Program-made: the position numbers and the translations under genes
Notes under the pieces: model-generated
What the model was told of the DNA's origin: nothing
The model's input: only the letters and a program-made list of their open reading frames with translations
The model's database searches: none
Part shown: positions 13,401 through 25,669 of the stretch, in pieces
How the letters are laid out: each line of letters begins with the position of its first letter
Position numbering within the stretch: position 1 is the first letter of the stretch
NCBI RefSeq assembly: GCF_036321535.1
Contig: NC_087437.1
Location: forward strand, 31,374,001 to 31,438,000
DNA length: 64,000 nt
Direction of reading: 5' to 3'
DNA from: Camelus dromedarius
Taxonomy: Eukaryota

Positions 13401-14384
13401 AATGTGTACACACATACATATTCCTAACTTGTAACCCAACCCTAAGAATAAAAATGCATTGCAGATAATAAGATTTTAAAAATGGAGTTTCATGAGATTG
13501 GTAAAAAAATCAGTCATTACGTGTGTGGTATATAGTGAAACCTCAGGAACTCTCCCAGTTACAATAAAAAGCAGCTGTTTAAGAAGCATTTGGCTATTGG
13601 TTTTCAAGCTTTTTCTTTTCATTTGAATAACATTCAGAGATACTGGTCCCCTGAAAGATGCTATGAAACTAAAGTGAGGATTGGTGATGTTTTTCCCCTT
13701 GGGGACAGTAAGAGTAAGTTCAAGGGCTCCCTGATGTCCCCAGCACGCTGGCCGGGGAAGGCTGCTGGGCTCCCACTCAGTGTTCTGCCCACCTCATCCC
13801 TGCTGGCACCAGATGTCATCTCTCAGGAGATGCTCCAGGCCACCCTTCCTCCTGGAAGACGTGGAGGTCTCCCGGAGCCGAGGCTGGGGAAACTCTTGGC
13901 CGTCTCTCTAAGCAAACTTCACATGAGGAGCCAGACCATCAGCCACTGAGATCCAGGGGGCAGACAGAACAGAACTGGGGCAGCTCGCCCTTTTTCTTTT
14001 CCAAATCTGAAAAATCATCTCAGAAATCATGATAAAACATAATGTGGTTACCCTTTTCTTTGGAAATACTGTCTTAGAGTGATGGGAAAAAAAAAAAAAA
14101 AAAAAAAAAAGAAGCCAGCAGCCTATTGAAATCATGTGGTTGGAGATTCTGTGACGATAGCCCAGCCTTCAGCTGCCTTTGGGAAGGTGAAGTTCTGTGG
14201 TGGCAACTATGTCATAAACACACGCAATGGAGAAAGTCCACATTGCCACACAGGGGTATGGATTTTATTATTGTCACTGAAACAGACTAACAGATTCTTA
14301 CAAATATTCTTTTCCTTTGAGTGTTGCTGCTTAGTGCTAGCTTTGTATGTAAGCGTCTATTGTTTGGGTTTTTTTGAATATATA

Positions 14385-14466
14385 TTTTTTGTTGTGGTAT
14401 AGGCAGTTTATGCTGTGTCAGTTTCTGGTGTACAACATAGTGCTTCAGTCATACGTATACATACAG
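14385..14466 (-). mobile_element. Very short L1 3'-end fragment
   Basis: gtcagtttctggtgtacaacatagtgcttcagtcatac matches the L1 3' ends at 29672 and 37496 in this window. Confidence 0.6.
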
Positions 14467-15293
14467 GCGTCTGTTGTGCCTCGTTTCGCAGTAAGAGCAA
14501 AACCTTCTGGAAAGCAGGGTGTGGAGAAGTTCTAGATTTTTCTCCTCATCTTTAGGAAATTAGGCTCACTTTCCACTCTACATCAGAGTCAGTTTCTTCT
14601 CATAGACTTTAAAGAATAGTTTCCCGTTAACCTTTTTAAGTTCCCTTGCCTTTTTAAGTTCCAAACGTTATATAGAAGGTAATATACATTTGGGAAAGTC
14701 TTTATCCACTTCAAAAATTGTAAACTATACTTGGTACCTATCAGTGAGTGTTACCATTCACGGCTGTTTCTAGGAAGGAACTGAGAAAAGTAACAATAAA
14801 GCCCCGTTATTAAGGATTCAAGAGAGACTAGGAGTAAATTGAAGGCGGGAGAAAGAAAGATAATCATAGCAAGAATGTAAGATAATGGCTTTCTTGGAGC
14901 AGAAAGCTTTCCTGACAAAAAGGAAACATAGTAGACCTCGGTGCCCCCCCACCACACACACATTCTGAAGGCTATCACAATAAGAAACACGACTTCCAGA
15001 CGGGATATAATTAATTATGTGTCAGGATTTTAACAACTTTTGTACATGTCAGTGGATTTGAATGGTGAATTTTAGTGAAAATCAATCTATTTTGAACCAA
15101 TAAACAAGGAGCGAGACCATGGGGAACATTTCTTTGCATAAAGGCGTAGGCATCCTTGTGGCCATCAAACAGGAAGGACAGAACCAAGAAGATTCAGGAA
15201 TTTACCATGAGGCTCTTCTGTTTTTTATTGAATTAACAATCTGCACCCAGCCCTTACCAGACACTAACATTTAAATGTTCTGTTTACCTCTAG

Positions 15294-15414
15294 TGCTACC
15301 AGTGGTTGAAGGAAAGGATTGTCAGTGAAGAAGGGAGAAAACAGCAGAACAAGCTGAAAGACCTTTCCCCGATAGCGGAGCGTCTGGGATGCACGCTGCC
15401 TCAGCTCGCCGTGG
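15294..15414 (+). CDS. KCNAB1: KCNAB1 coding exon, 121 nt: [40 protein letters not shown](A)
   Basis: Branch-point-like CACTAAC upstream, acceptor tgtttacctctag|, donor GTGG|gtaagg. In frame with the flanking exons. Confidence 0.97.
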
Positions 15415-15914
15415 GTAAGGCAATCACTGGGGAGGGGCAGCTCTGCTGGATGGCAGAAAATGAAATCGTTTTCCACTAACGATCCACATCTCCCTCATGA
15501 CAGAATACCTATTGCAGGGGCACACTATCTCTGAAGCATAAACTCTTGGTTAATACTATCTAAAATGAGGTTCGGGTTCCCCTGAACGTTCCATTTGCTG
15601 AAACGCTTTTCTTACTTCCTTCTCCTTTCCCTCATGACACAGTTTAAACAAGAACATGCCAGAGAAAAGGCATACATCCTCCCTGTGTTGAGAGTTTGCG
15701 CCCCTGAACTGGGTAGTGACATCCTTGGCTTCTGGTCCAATTTTCCATCCCTGTTGAAGCCAAGGCAGGGTTGGTGAGAGTCTGAGGAGCAGAGCAAGGC
15801 TACTGCCAGATGGAAAGCCTACCCTAGGGGAGCAGTGTCACCCTGAATCTTCCAAGGGCCAGAATAGTTAATGCAAGGGCCCGGTCACCAGTAACACTTG
15901 AAAACCACATGTGC

Positions 15915-16225
15915 CAGCACCGTCCTGTAGAAATATAATGTGCACACGTATTTAATTTTACATCTTCCAGTGGCCATGTTAAAGTAAAGAGGAAATAGGT
16001 GAAATTAATTTTAATAATGGATTTTATTTAACCCCATATAGCCAAAACGTTATCATTTTAACAAGTAATAAGTATAGAAAATTATGGAGATATTTCACAC
16101 TCTTTTTTCATACTAAGTCGTCAAAATCCAGGATGTATTTTATACCCACAGCACAGGTCAGTTCAGGCTAAACACGTCCCGTGTTCAATAGCACATCTGA
16201 CTAGAGACTAAGTATGAAACGGAGA
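15915..16225. mobile_element. MER33/MER3-like hAT-Charlie DNA transposon
   Basis: tagaaatataatg...ggtgaaattaattttaataat...aaatccaggatgtattttatac. A homologous copy lies at 59715-60025. Confidence 0.75.
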
Positions 16226-18014
16226 AGCACCAAGATTTTCAGTTCCCTTGCTGGGGGATATTTGCCAGGCTCTGTGATGAGCTCCTTCTGCTCACTGTCC
16301 TGTCTCCTCGATGGTCAGGACAATCCCAGGAGGTGGGTGCTAGGACAAGCCCTGTCTTACCGATGTTAATGGAGTTCTGCCAGCATTATCTCCACTTTAC
16401 AAATGGAGAGACTGAAAAGAATTCAGGTAGTAGCCAGGAGAACAGAATAAAATGGGCACAGGTTCCAGAAAGGATTAAGAAACAGCAAGAATTGGGACAA
16501 ATCAGACAGAGTGAGCCAGTGAGGTAAAAAGCTCAAGGTTAAGTTCTACACAAATAAAATAACATAGTAGAATATTTGTTAGATGCTTGACCCTTCTGAG
16601 GGTGGAAGGCCGGAAAATGGTAGTTGCAGTTAATAGTCATAGAAAGATGGAAATGGGAGATGGTTTTAGGGGGGAAATACCATTTACCGAAGTGTATGTA
16701 TGACAGTTGCTTTAATCTTTTCTCCCAAAAAACAAAACAAAACAAAAATCAAAGATTGTGAAAAAAAAAATCAAAGATTGTGTTTAATGTGATTAGTTAG
16801 CCTCCCTACAGCTTTAATGATTACAGTAAAAGGTATTAGCTGTTTGACCATCAGCAAGTTATTTAACCTGATACCAATTTTCTCATCTGTAAAATGGGTA
16901 TAATAATATATATCTTACAACCTTGTTGAGTAAAAAGAAATTATGTATGTAGAGCAAATAGGTGCTCAGTAACTGTAAAGGTGATGATGGTGAAGATGAT
17001 GTTTTTGTGAAAAATTAGACACCCTGGACTGAAACTCTGTCCACTCCTCGCTGTGGCATGTGGTCAAGAGTAACAGGCACAAAGAGAAACACTTATTCTT
17101 GAAACACAGCCATAAATACGGTTGTTAGGTGGTAACATGAAAACGAGTATTAAATTTAGCTCTGAAAGAGATAGAAGAACGTGGTCCTTCTAAAGAGGAA
17201 ATCTTTACCACATTTAGACTTTCTCTGGACATTAGATGTACATGAAAGATCCTCTTTATAGAGTCTGAGTTTACAATGTTCTTTGTTTCTCCTTTTCCTC
17301 CCTCTGTGCCCCCAGATGTCTTTCTTGCCTGTCATTTTTCTTTTCTTTTCTTTGTAAACAAGTAGTTTTGTTTTTAACCACAGAACTCTCAACCCAAGAG
17401 GGAAATTATTTCCAGGCATATTACCCTTGATCTGCTAGAAGCGTCGGGGAGGAGGGGAGCTCCTCTGGCAGAAAACAAACTGCTTGAATGCAACTGTGGG
17501 CTGGTTCCCATGTCACATGCCTGCACAAGAGCAGCAGTCACACCTTGCTCCTAAGGGGGCACTCTGGATGTCCCTGTGGGTGACACTTGATTAGATGCTA
17601 ATTATCTCCAATCATCTACTTTACCTCTGGCTGGCCAGCTCTGCCCAGTGGATTCTCCCATGCCCCGCAGCCCATGAGGGAATCAGCTGTTGCTGACAGC
17701 AGGTAGTTCTTGGGCAATAATTTTCCCACTGCCCTGCTTTGCCCTCAGAACTTCCACTAGTGCCAAAAAAGAGTTCTAAGTGCAAAGGAGGAAATAAGGC
17801 AGCCAAAAAGAAAAAAACAAAACAAACAAGAAAAAACCCACCACCACACCACTGCCTGGGAATCACTTGCCTTGTCGCCGACATATAGCATTATTCTGCC
17901 CATATGGAAAGACTTAGTGATGGCCTTAAAAGGTCTGAGCATGGTAACAGCTTAGTATTGTTGACTTCAGGCCCTGGGCAAATGGGGGCAGAAGAGGCAT
18001 TCAGGGATATCCAC

Positions 18015-19190
18015 CAATCATTCGTGCCTACATTTATTCAACAAACATCTAATCAGCACCTACTGTGTGCAGGTGCTGGGCTGAGTGCTGAGCAACTGAC
18101 TGCAAATAACACACATATCACTGATACAGGAAAAATGGGGGGCACAAAAGGATGGCCATGTCCCAGGTCCCAGGCGAGTCCCTGGCATGCACCCCATCAA
18201 GTGAGGGTCCTTGGCTTTGTGCAAGAAAGATTTCAAGAGAGAGCCATGGTTGAGTAAAAGTAGATATATTCAGAGAGATGCAGACTCCATAGACAGAGTG
18301 CAGGCCATCTACTCAGAAGGGAGAGCAGCGGCCTCAGAGCATGGGGTCGGCTAGGAGAAATGAGATCAGCCACGAGGTGTGGGGTTGTTAGTATTTATGG
18401 GCTCAGTAACTTCATACGCTAAGTGGGAGGATTGCTCCAACTACTTTCAGGAAGGGGCTGGGATTCCCAGGAACTGGGCCATCACCCACTTTTTGACCTT
18501 TTATGGTCAACCTTGGAACTGTCCTGGCACCTGTGGGAGGGCCATTTAGCAGCTGTTGTATTTCAATGAGTGTACATTGAAGCTTAGGGTCTACTGGGAG
18601 TTGGCTCTTCCACCATCTTGGTGCTGACTTTTAATGGTTGTGCCCTGCCCCCTTCCCTCCTGTGTCATTATGAGTCAAGAACTTAACAGATAATTTTAAT
18701 ACAGTGTGGTAGTAAAATTCCTGAGAAGGGCACAGGAGGGTTTGGAAGTAAATGTAGGCGCTCCCAACCCAGCCTGGGACTCAAGGAAGAACTTGGGGAG
18801 AAGGCAGTGTCCAGGAGGAATCCCAAATGAAGAGCAGATATCAGTGAGGCAAAGGAAGGGAGGAGGCAAAAGAATATTCCAGACCAATGGGACAGCTTGA
18901 GCCGAGGGCTTGAGAAGAAACCCAGTACGGCATCTGGCGGGGGGAGAGGATTTACACGTAGGGCTGCTGGAACACAAAGTTCAAGGCAGGGAGCGAGGAA
19001 GCAGGAAGCTGGACAGGAGGGCCTCCTGGTAAGGCTCGTCAGGGTGCGAAGTGAGCGCTTCCTCTCACAGGACACGGATTCTGGCAGGCACACGTTGAAG
19101 AACCTTTGGTCAGGCAAATGGTTTGAACAGATTTGTATCTGGAGAAGCTACTGCTGGATGTGTGCAGGAGAGAGGGTGAGGGCCTGAATG
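18015..19190 (-). mobile_element. L2 fragment interrupted by an LTR
   Basis: Reverse L2 3' end (cattta ttcaacaaacatctaatcagcacctactgtgtgc) at the left. L2-like sequence resumes after 18668. Confidence 0.65.
18122..18667 (-). mobile_element. Solo ERV LTR (ERV1-like), ~546 bp, in a KCNAB1 intron
   Basis: TG...CA termini (tgatacagga...cctgtgtca) interrupt the L2. Internal gggtccttggctttgtgcaagaaagatttcaag resembles reverse-oriented ERV1 LTR U5 sequence. The target-site duplication is not clean. Confidence 0.65.
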
Positions 19191-19249
19191 AGGGCGGTGG
19201 GCGGTGGAACCAGAGCAGTGACTCTCCAGTGTGGTCCCCGCAGCCCCAC

Positions 19250-19908
19250 ACTGGAGTACGATTCCGCGACACAAGAAGTGACACGCTGACCCATGCCATG
19301 ACACGGATGAACCTCACAAACACTACACTGAGCAAGTCAGACACAGAAGACATGCTATATGATTTCATTTAGATGAGATGTCCAGAAATAGTAAGTCCAT
19401 AGGGGACTTAGATGAGTGGTTTCCAACGTAGATGAGTGGTTTCCTGGAGTTGGGGATAGAAATGGGGTTAACTGTGAGTGGGCATCAAGGATCTTATTGG
19501 GATGATGGAAATGTCCTAAAACTGTTTTTTAATTGGCATAGAGTCGGTTTACAATGTTGTGTTAGTTGCTGGGGTACAGCATGGTGGTTCAGTTACATAC
19601 ATATATATTTTTGTATTTTTTCATATTTTTCGTTATAGGCCATTACAAGGTATTGAATACAGTTCCCTGTGCTGTACAGTAGGCCTTTGCTGTCTGTCTA
19701 TTTTATATATAGTAGTGTGCATCTGCTCATCTTGAACTCACAATTTATCCCTCCCCACCCCTCTACCCACTCCGTGTTTATGTCTGTGAGTCTGTTTCTG
19801 TAAAACTGGTGGTGATGGTTGCACACTTGATAAACTTATGAAAAATTACTGAATTGTACACTTAAAATGGGTCAATCTGACCTCAATGAAGGTTTAAAAA
19901 AAAAAAAG
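19250..19908 (+). mobile_element. Old L1M 3' end, split by a younger L1
   Basis: gatgaacctcacaaacactacactgagc...gatgatggaaatgtcctaaaactg / ...gaattgtacacttaaaatggg followed by an A tail. Confidence 0.7.
19525..19800 (-). mobile_element. Younger L1 3' UTR fragment nested in the L1M
   Basis: Starts with a T tract and matches the other L1 3' ends here (gaatacagttccctgtgctgtacagtagg). Flanked by TAAAACTG at 19517-19524 and 19801-19808. Confidence 0.85.
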
Positions 19909-21354
19909 CGCAGCAGCGGCAGCACCTGGGCGCTCATCAGAAAGGTGGATCCTCAGCCCCCCTCCCCTCCTGGGTCAGAAACTCTGGGTACGGCACCGAG
20001 GAATCGGTGTTGCACACACCCTCTGGGAGATGCCAGAGGTTCTGCAGGCTAAAATTTGAGAACCACTGGATTAGAGAAATATTTAGGAGGCACAATCACC
20101 TAGACCTGGCAATTAAGAGGGAACGTGGGGTCAGAAAAGGACAGTGTCTGAGGATGACTCCCCAGTCTCTGGATAGGAAGTCCAAGTTGCTGGTGATGCC
20201 AGCAAATGAGACTGGGGATGCAAGAGGGACAGGCATAGTAAGTAGCAAGAAGCCCGCAGTGCCTGAGGGCACTAGCAGGGCCATCCAGCAGACATGGCCC
20301 CCTTGGGCCCAGGGAAACCTCTAGTTTCAGGCAGCCACAAACCGGGAAGTCTCCTCTAACCACAGGGAGGGTCCTGGGAATTTGGCATGGTAAGAAGGGC
20401 ACTGGGATGTGCGGGGGGTGCAGGGAGTCCAAACTGGCCTCTTACAAGTCGAAGAAGGGCGGGAGGGGAGGGGTGGGGTGGGCAGTGGCTACACAGGTAT
20501 GAAGGCGGCTTATTTTAGAATGGGAGATATTTGAGCATGTTTTGTTGGTAAAGAGGAAGAGGATGGTAAGAAATTAAAAATTCGGGAGATTGAGAGAAAG
20601 AACGAGAGAGGAAGAATGGATGAATCCAGTCCAAGAAGAGGCAAAAGGAGTGGCTTGGCCTTGAGCAGACAGCACACCGTATCCTCTGAGACTGGAGGAT
20701 GGGAATGCAGACTTGTGTCTGTCGGCGAGCAGGGCATGAAGGAACATTGTACAGGATGGACTTCATTTTCTACATAAAGGAGGAGGCCAAAGGATCTGCT
20801 GAGAGTGAGGGGCAGGGGCTGAATCGAGGGTTTAAGGGTAGAGGTTGCTTGAGAGGCGGAGAGGAGTGAGGGCTGGTGAGAGGGTGAGATGGTCCACACA
20901 GGATGAATCTCAGGTCAGGAAGAAATGGAAGGAGGGCCAGAGAGGGCTGACAGGTCAGTGGAAAAGAAGCCCCAGACACCCAGGGTCTACAAGGACTCTG
21001 TGTAACAGATGAGGGGAGAGTGAGCGCACGAGTGAGATGGAAAGACAGAGGGAGACAAGAATCCAGATGTCCACCAGTGAGCAGTTCCAGGTGTTCTCAG
21101 GAACAAGGATGTGTTCCTGGGTGGAGAGCTGGATTGTATGCCCCAGTTGTAGGGGCAGAGGAGCCCTAATCCCACAATTAAGTCTTCCACACAACAGGGG
21201 GTGTGGCTGAGGTTTTTCATCCCAGAGCACACCACCCATCCTCCCACAGTTTGTTAAGTGTTGGTTCCAACAACGGGAGCTACGGATAGGGTTTACAAGC
21301 TCATCAAAAATCAGAAGGGCTTTGACTTCCTGACCCAGTGCTCTCTCTTCCCAG

Positions 21355-21443
21355 CCTGGTGCCTGAGAAACGAGGGCGTGAGCTCTGTGCTCCTGGGATC
21401 ATCCACCCCCGAACAACTCATCGAAAACCTCGGTGCCATTCAG
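21355..21443 (+). CDS. KCNAB1: KCNAB1 penultimate coding exon, 89 nt: (A)[29 protein letters not shown]
   Basis: Acceptor ctctctcttcccag|. The exon ends CAG|gcaagt (GC donor). The peptide is visible inside ORF-track entry 21258..21476. Confidence 0.96.
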
Positions 21444-21685
21444 GCAAGTACTGCAGCCCTTTCCAACCAATTCTAGGGAATTTCATGGTGCCTTTGAAGG
21501 TGTCCCCAGGCAGTGTCCCGTGTCTCCCCACCTCTGTCCTTCACTGTGTCACAGGTGTGTGGAAGCCCTTAATACAGGGAACAGGCTACCTGTTCCTAGA
21601 TGGAGGTGGAGGGGAAATGTGGACAAAGGCACAAGAAGCAACAGAACTTTTACAGCCCATCGATCCAGGGAAGAGGGGGTCTTCC

Positions 21686-21776
21686 TTTTCTCCCCCTTAA
21701 TGGGGGCACTGAGGATTGAGCCCAGGACCTCGCGCACACCAAGCACGGGTCTTAACACTGAGCTAGACCCTCCCTC
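21686..21776 (-). mobile_element. tRNA-Ala-derived SINE (Vic-1-like)
   Basis: Reverse complement of the SINE head (gattgagcccaggacctc...cactgagctagaccctccc). The flanks share gggtcttc. Confidence 0.8.
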
Positions 21777-23088
21777 AAGGAGGGTCTTCTTATTAACAGG
21801 AGAGCTCTCTGGGCCATTCCTCAGGATTGTTTCTGTGGGACAGTGCATTCTAAGGCCCAAGCAAAGTTACACCTGATGACCGGGTTCCCAGCCTCACTGA
21901 AGAAGCCTGCTTAACCACCTGCTTGAAATGTGGTAGCCTTAGGACCATCTTCATGCACCCTTTATTCATTTGTTTCTCCCACGAATATTTATTGTCAGTC
22001 TAGAGTGTACCAAGCCCCTCCTTTCTGCTCTCCTCACATCCTGAATCCCCAGCACAACACTCATGACAGTGCAGTATAGTTGCCTATCTCCACTGCTGGA
22101 CTGGAACTCCCTGAGGTCAGAGACCTGTGTCTTCCTTGCTTTTCCACTGATTTTCCAGTTCTTTCCATACTCTATGGCCCTTAGTCAATGCTCAAGAAAT
22201 ATCTGTTGAATGAATGTTTGCCACGTTTAAGGGAAATAGGCTCAAAATTCTACTTTGAACTACCATAGTAGGACTCTATCTCCCTGACAGCAATTTCAGG
22301 GGCACCCCCCGACCCCGTGGGGATGGCCAGTCATGGGTGGAGCCTGCAGCTGTCCTCGGAGAAGTAGGAGAGAGATGTTCCTGGGAGTTCTGAGGAGGAG
22401 AGGGTCCAGTCCCCCAAAGGCCACACCTCAGTCTTGAGCCCACCCTGCTCTCAGCCCAGCGAGGGGCTCCAGGAGTGAGCCCACCCAAGACTCTAGGCTC
22501 TCACCAAAGCTATCACCTGCCCCCAACAGGTGAGGTTGTGTGTTTCCCTCTTGCTCACTGGGTACAGAACTGTCTCACAGCTTCTCCCCCGTCCACCGCA
22601 CTTACCTGTTACCTCTCCAACAAGGGGACAGATGGAGGTGGGGACAGACTTGATTCAACTTAAAATGTTTAAAAGTCCTTTTGAAGAATGGCCTGGAATA
22701 TGTTGGGAGAGAAATGGTGCAGACTTCCTTCCCCACCACCTCCTCTCTCAGGGCTGTGCGGCAGGGAGATCATCTCTGCCTCTCTGCTTCTGAGAACCCC
22801 TCCCAGCCCACAATCCTCCTGGATTGCAGGGTTCCCCGTCCCTGCCTGGAGAATGCTCCCTCTTATGAAAGCCGCCCGCCTTCTCTTATTGTCACTTATT
22901 CTCTGGGAATAGACAAAGGTTACACAATAATGAGTGGGAAATAGGGGAACACTCTATACACAAAAAACTGAAATTCGATCCAGCGATCTCAATTCCACTA
23001 ATATGGACTGAGTACTTACTCTGTATCTAGCACCACGCCAGGCAGACAGTTCTGAGATAAACACAGGCCCCTGCCCTCAAAAGTTCAT

Positions 23089-23200
23089 GGGGTGGGGGTA
23101 GGGGGGAGGGCACTGTATAGCTTAGTGGTAGAGTGCATGTTTTGCATGCAGGAGGTCCTGGGTTCAAGCCCCAGTACTCCATTGAAAAAAAAAAAAAAAA
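23089..23200 (+). mobile_element. tRNA-Ala-derived SINE (Vic-1-like) with poly(A) tail
   Basis: tatagcttagtggtagagtgcatg...ggtcctgggttcaagccccagtactcc followed by A16. Confidence 0.85.
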
Positions 23201-23254
23201 GCTCACAGCTGCCTGAGAAAAAATGAATTAAGAAATCTATCCCCTAGTTCATTT

Positions 23255-23790
23255 GGCAGATCTCTGAGAGCCTGTTCTGTACCTGGCACCGGGGACACCA
23301 CAGGAAACCAGAAAGATATTACACAAACTTCAAGGAACTTATAGTCCAGTGGGAGAGGCATAGAGTAAACAAACATATAAAATAATTTCAAATGAGAAGG
23401 GATATTAAGTAAATAAAGATGGCGAACGTAGTAGAGACTAACTGGACATGAGTGAGCCTACTTTAGACATGTCCTTGCCAAAGGCTCCTCCGGGATATGT
23501 GTATTCTGAAGAGAAGTGGAGGACACAGCACGTGAGACACCCTGGAAAGAGCATTCCAGACACAGGGAAGAGCAGTGCAAAGGCCCTGAGATGGGGAGGC
23601 ATTTGACTTTTTCTAGGAGCCGCCAGCCTAAGGCTAGTGTGGCCAATGTGCAGTGAGCATAAGGGACAGCAGGTGCACCGCAGTGGACACAGGCAGGGGA
23701 CAGGTCACACAGGACACTAGAGGAATCAAGAGTTCTGCTCTACATGGAGCAAATCCTTTGGAGGGTTTAAGGGGGAGGGATGTGCTGTCA
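23255..23790 (-). mobile_element. L2 fragment
   Basis: agagcattccagacacagggaagagcagtgcaaaggccctgag is a typical reverse-strand L2 segment. Confidence 0.7.
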
Positions 23791-25579
23791 TCTGAATTTT
23801 TAGATTGCTAAGCTGTCCCCCCACCTCCCCTGGAATCCTAATCCCCAGAAGTAACAGTGGTCCTCTGCTGGCAGTGTCCACATCAGCCTGACAGGATCCG
23901 CTCCATCCCCAAGGTCCAGCTCTCAACAGTGACCCACTCCCAGGAGGACTTCCTAATACCCACCAGACCCAGCCACGCTGGGCAGACCTCCCCTCACCCA
24001 CCCCACCCCTCTCCAATTATTCCAGTCATGGTTGCAAAATTGCTAGCTTGTGGGAAGTTTGTGTAATCTGTAGTAAGTGAGAATGTTTCAAAACAGAAAT
24101 TAGGCAACTTCACATAAAATTCTGGATATATGGCTTCTCTTGAATATTTAGGTCTTGCAGCTCTATGTATTTTTTTTCATGTTTTACTCTAGTACTTTTA
24201 TGGTTTCATTTTTCTAATGTTTAAATCTCTTTTCGTATTGGTGTAATGAATGAAGCATTTTTTTCCTCACATGGCTAACCTAGGATGTTTTAGACACAAA
24301 ACGTCCAACAAGTCCAGTTTCGAGACTTGGGTCTTGTTGTTGCAGTCTCTCTTTAAATAGTACATTCGTTTAGATCCTCCGAGACTCCAAAGCTGGTGGG
24401 AAACCAAAGGCTCCCTCAGCTTCAGAGAGGAAAATCTTACCAGAACCAAAAAAAAAAATAAATAAATAAAAAGGTACCAGAACTAGTGGGGAAGGAGCTG
24501 TAGTCTTTTACCAAACCCACTGAGTGGAGACTGGGTCACCCTGTCCAACTGCAGCAGGGGAAGGGTGAGGCTAAAACCGCAGACTCGGCCATGGTGGATG
24601 CATTTCACCACCGTCTCCACACAGGGTCAGACTATTCCTGCAAGAAAGTCTGCCTCTGTCCCTTGTCTCCTGGTGTGGTGTGTGCCCTTGGCCCCACTCC
24701 TTGCAGTAAACGCGAGCTAGCCCGAGGTGAGCTCATCCTTCCCCAGGGCTTCAGCTAGCATGACTGTGCCCGTGACTCGCAGATTCTCCTTCCGCTCCCA
24801 CTAAGCTCCACAGCTGCACTTCCGGCTGCCTCCGTGGTCACCCACGGGCCCCTCCAACTCACACACTTTACCCCAAACTACTCCTGTGGGCTCGTCTCAA
24901 CAGATCACCTGTACCAATATCCTCTTAGTCACCGCGTCTTGAAATCACAATCATCCTCCCAGATGTCTCTCCGAGTCACTCTCTTCCCACTCGACCACCA
25001 CCGTCTAGCTAAGGCTTTAGTGTCTCTGGCTAGGACAGCAGTGTGTTTCTAAGCCCTGTGTTCCCTTTCAACCTCCTCCAACTCATCAGGTGTCTGATGG
25101 GGTCCCTCCCAGCTGGCAAGTCCTGAGAGCTCCCCCACTGTCTCCAGAATAAAGTCCCAACTCCCAAAACTGGCATCCTGAGGTCTTCCAACTCTTGGCC
25201 TCAACTCTTCCACACTCCTACCCTCCCCGCACTTCTGCCACTCCCTCTACACCTGCGTCACTCCATTTCACAGACTTCTCACTTTCTCCTGCTATTCCAT
25301 CTAACCTGTGGCCATCCTTCACCATATTTCCATGAGCCCTCATTTACTCAGCCAATACTTACGAGCACCTACTGTGGGCCAGGCACTCTGACAGGCTCTG
25401 GAGATGCAGGATGACCAAAACAAGGTCCCTGAACTCAAGGAGCTTCCTGTCTGCAGGGGAAGTAACATTCTAGTGGTCGTTTATAAATGTATACAAGTCT
25501 AGACAGCTTTGCTGAATACTGAGCACAAGGAACAGGCGTCAGGTACTGACCACAGCCTTTGTACTTCTCACGCTCTCAG

Positions 25580-25669
25580 GTTCTCCCAAAGATGACATCA
25601 CACGTGGTAAATGAGATTGATAACATATTGCGCAACAAGCCCTACAGCAAAAAGGACTACAGATCTTAA
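25580..25669 (+). CDS. KCNAB1: KCNAB1 terminal coding exon, 90 nt: [29 protein letters not shown]
   Basis: Acceptor cttctcacgctctcag|, the conserved Kv-beta C-terminus [11 protein letters not shown], and stop TAA at 25667-25669. Confidence 0.97.
   Translation, partial: VLPKMTSHVVNEIDNILRNKPYSKKDYRS

Noticed and set aside
18683..19372. Cluster of 64-144 aa ORFs
   Set aside because: They lie in decayed L2/L1 sequence.
19409..19444. TAGATGAGTGGTTTCC repeated with 20-bp period, superficially CRISPR-like
   Set aside because: Only two units with a 4-nt spacer inside an old L1 in a mammalian genome. It is a simple tandem duplication.
5811..25669. KCNAB2 or KCNAB3 as the gene identity
   Set aside because: Residues such as [33 protein letters not shown] and [14 protein letters not shown] fit Kv-beta1 as I recall it, rather than the paralogues.
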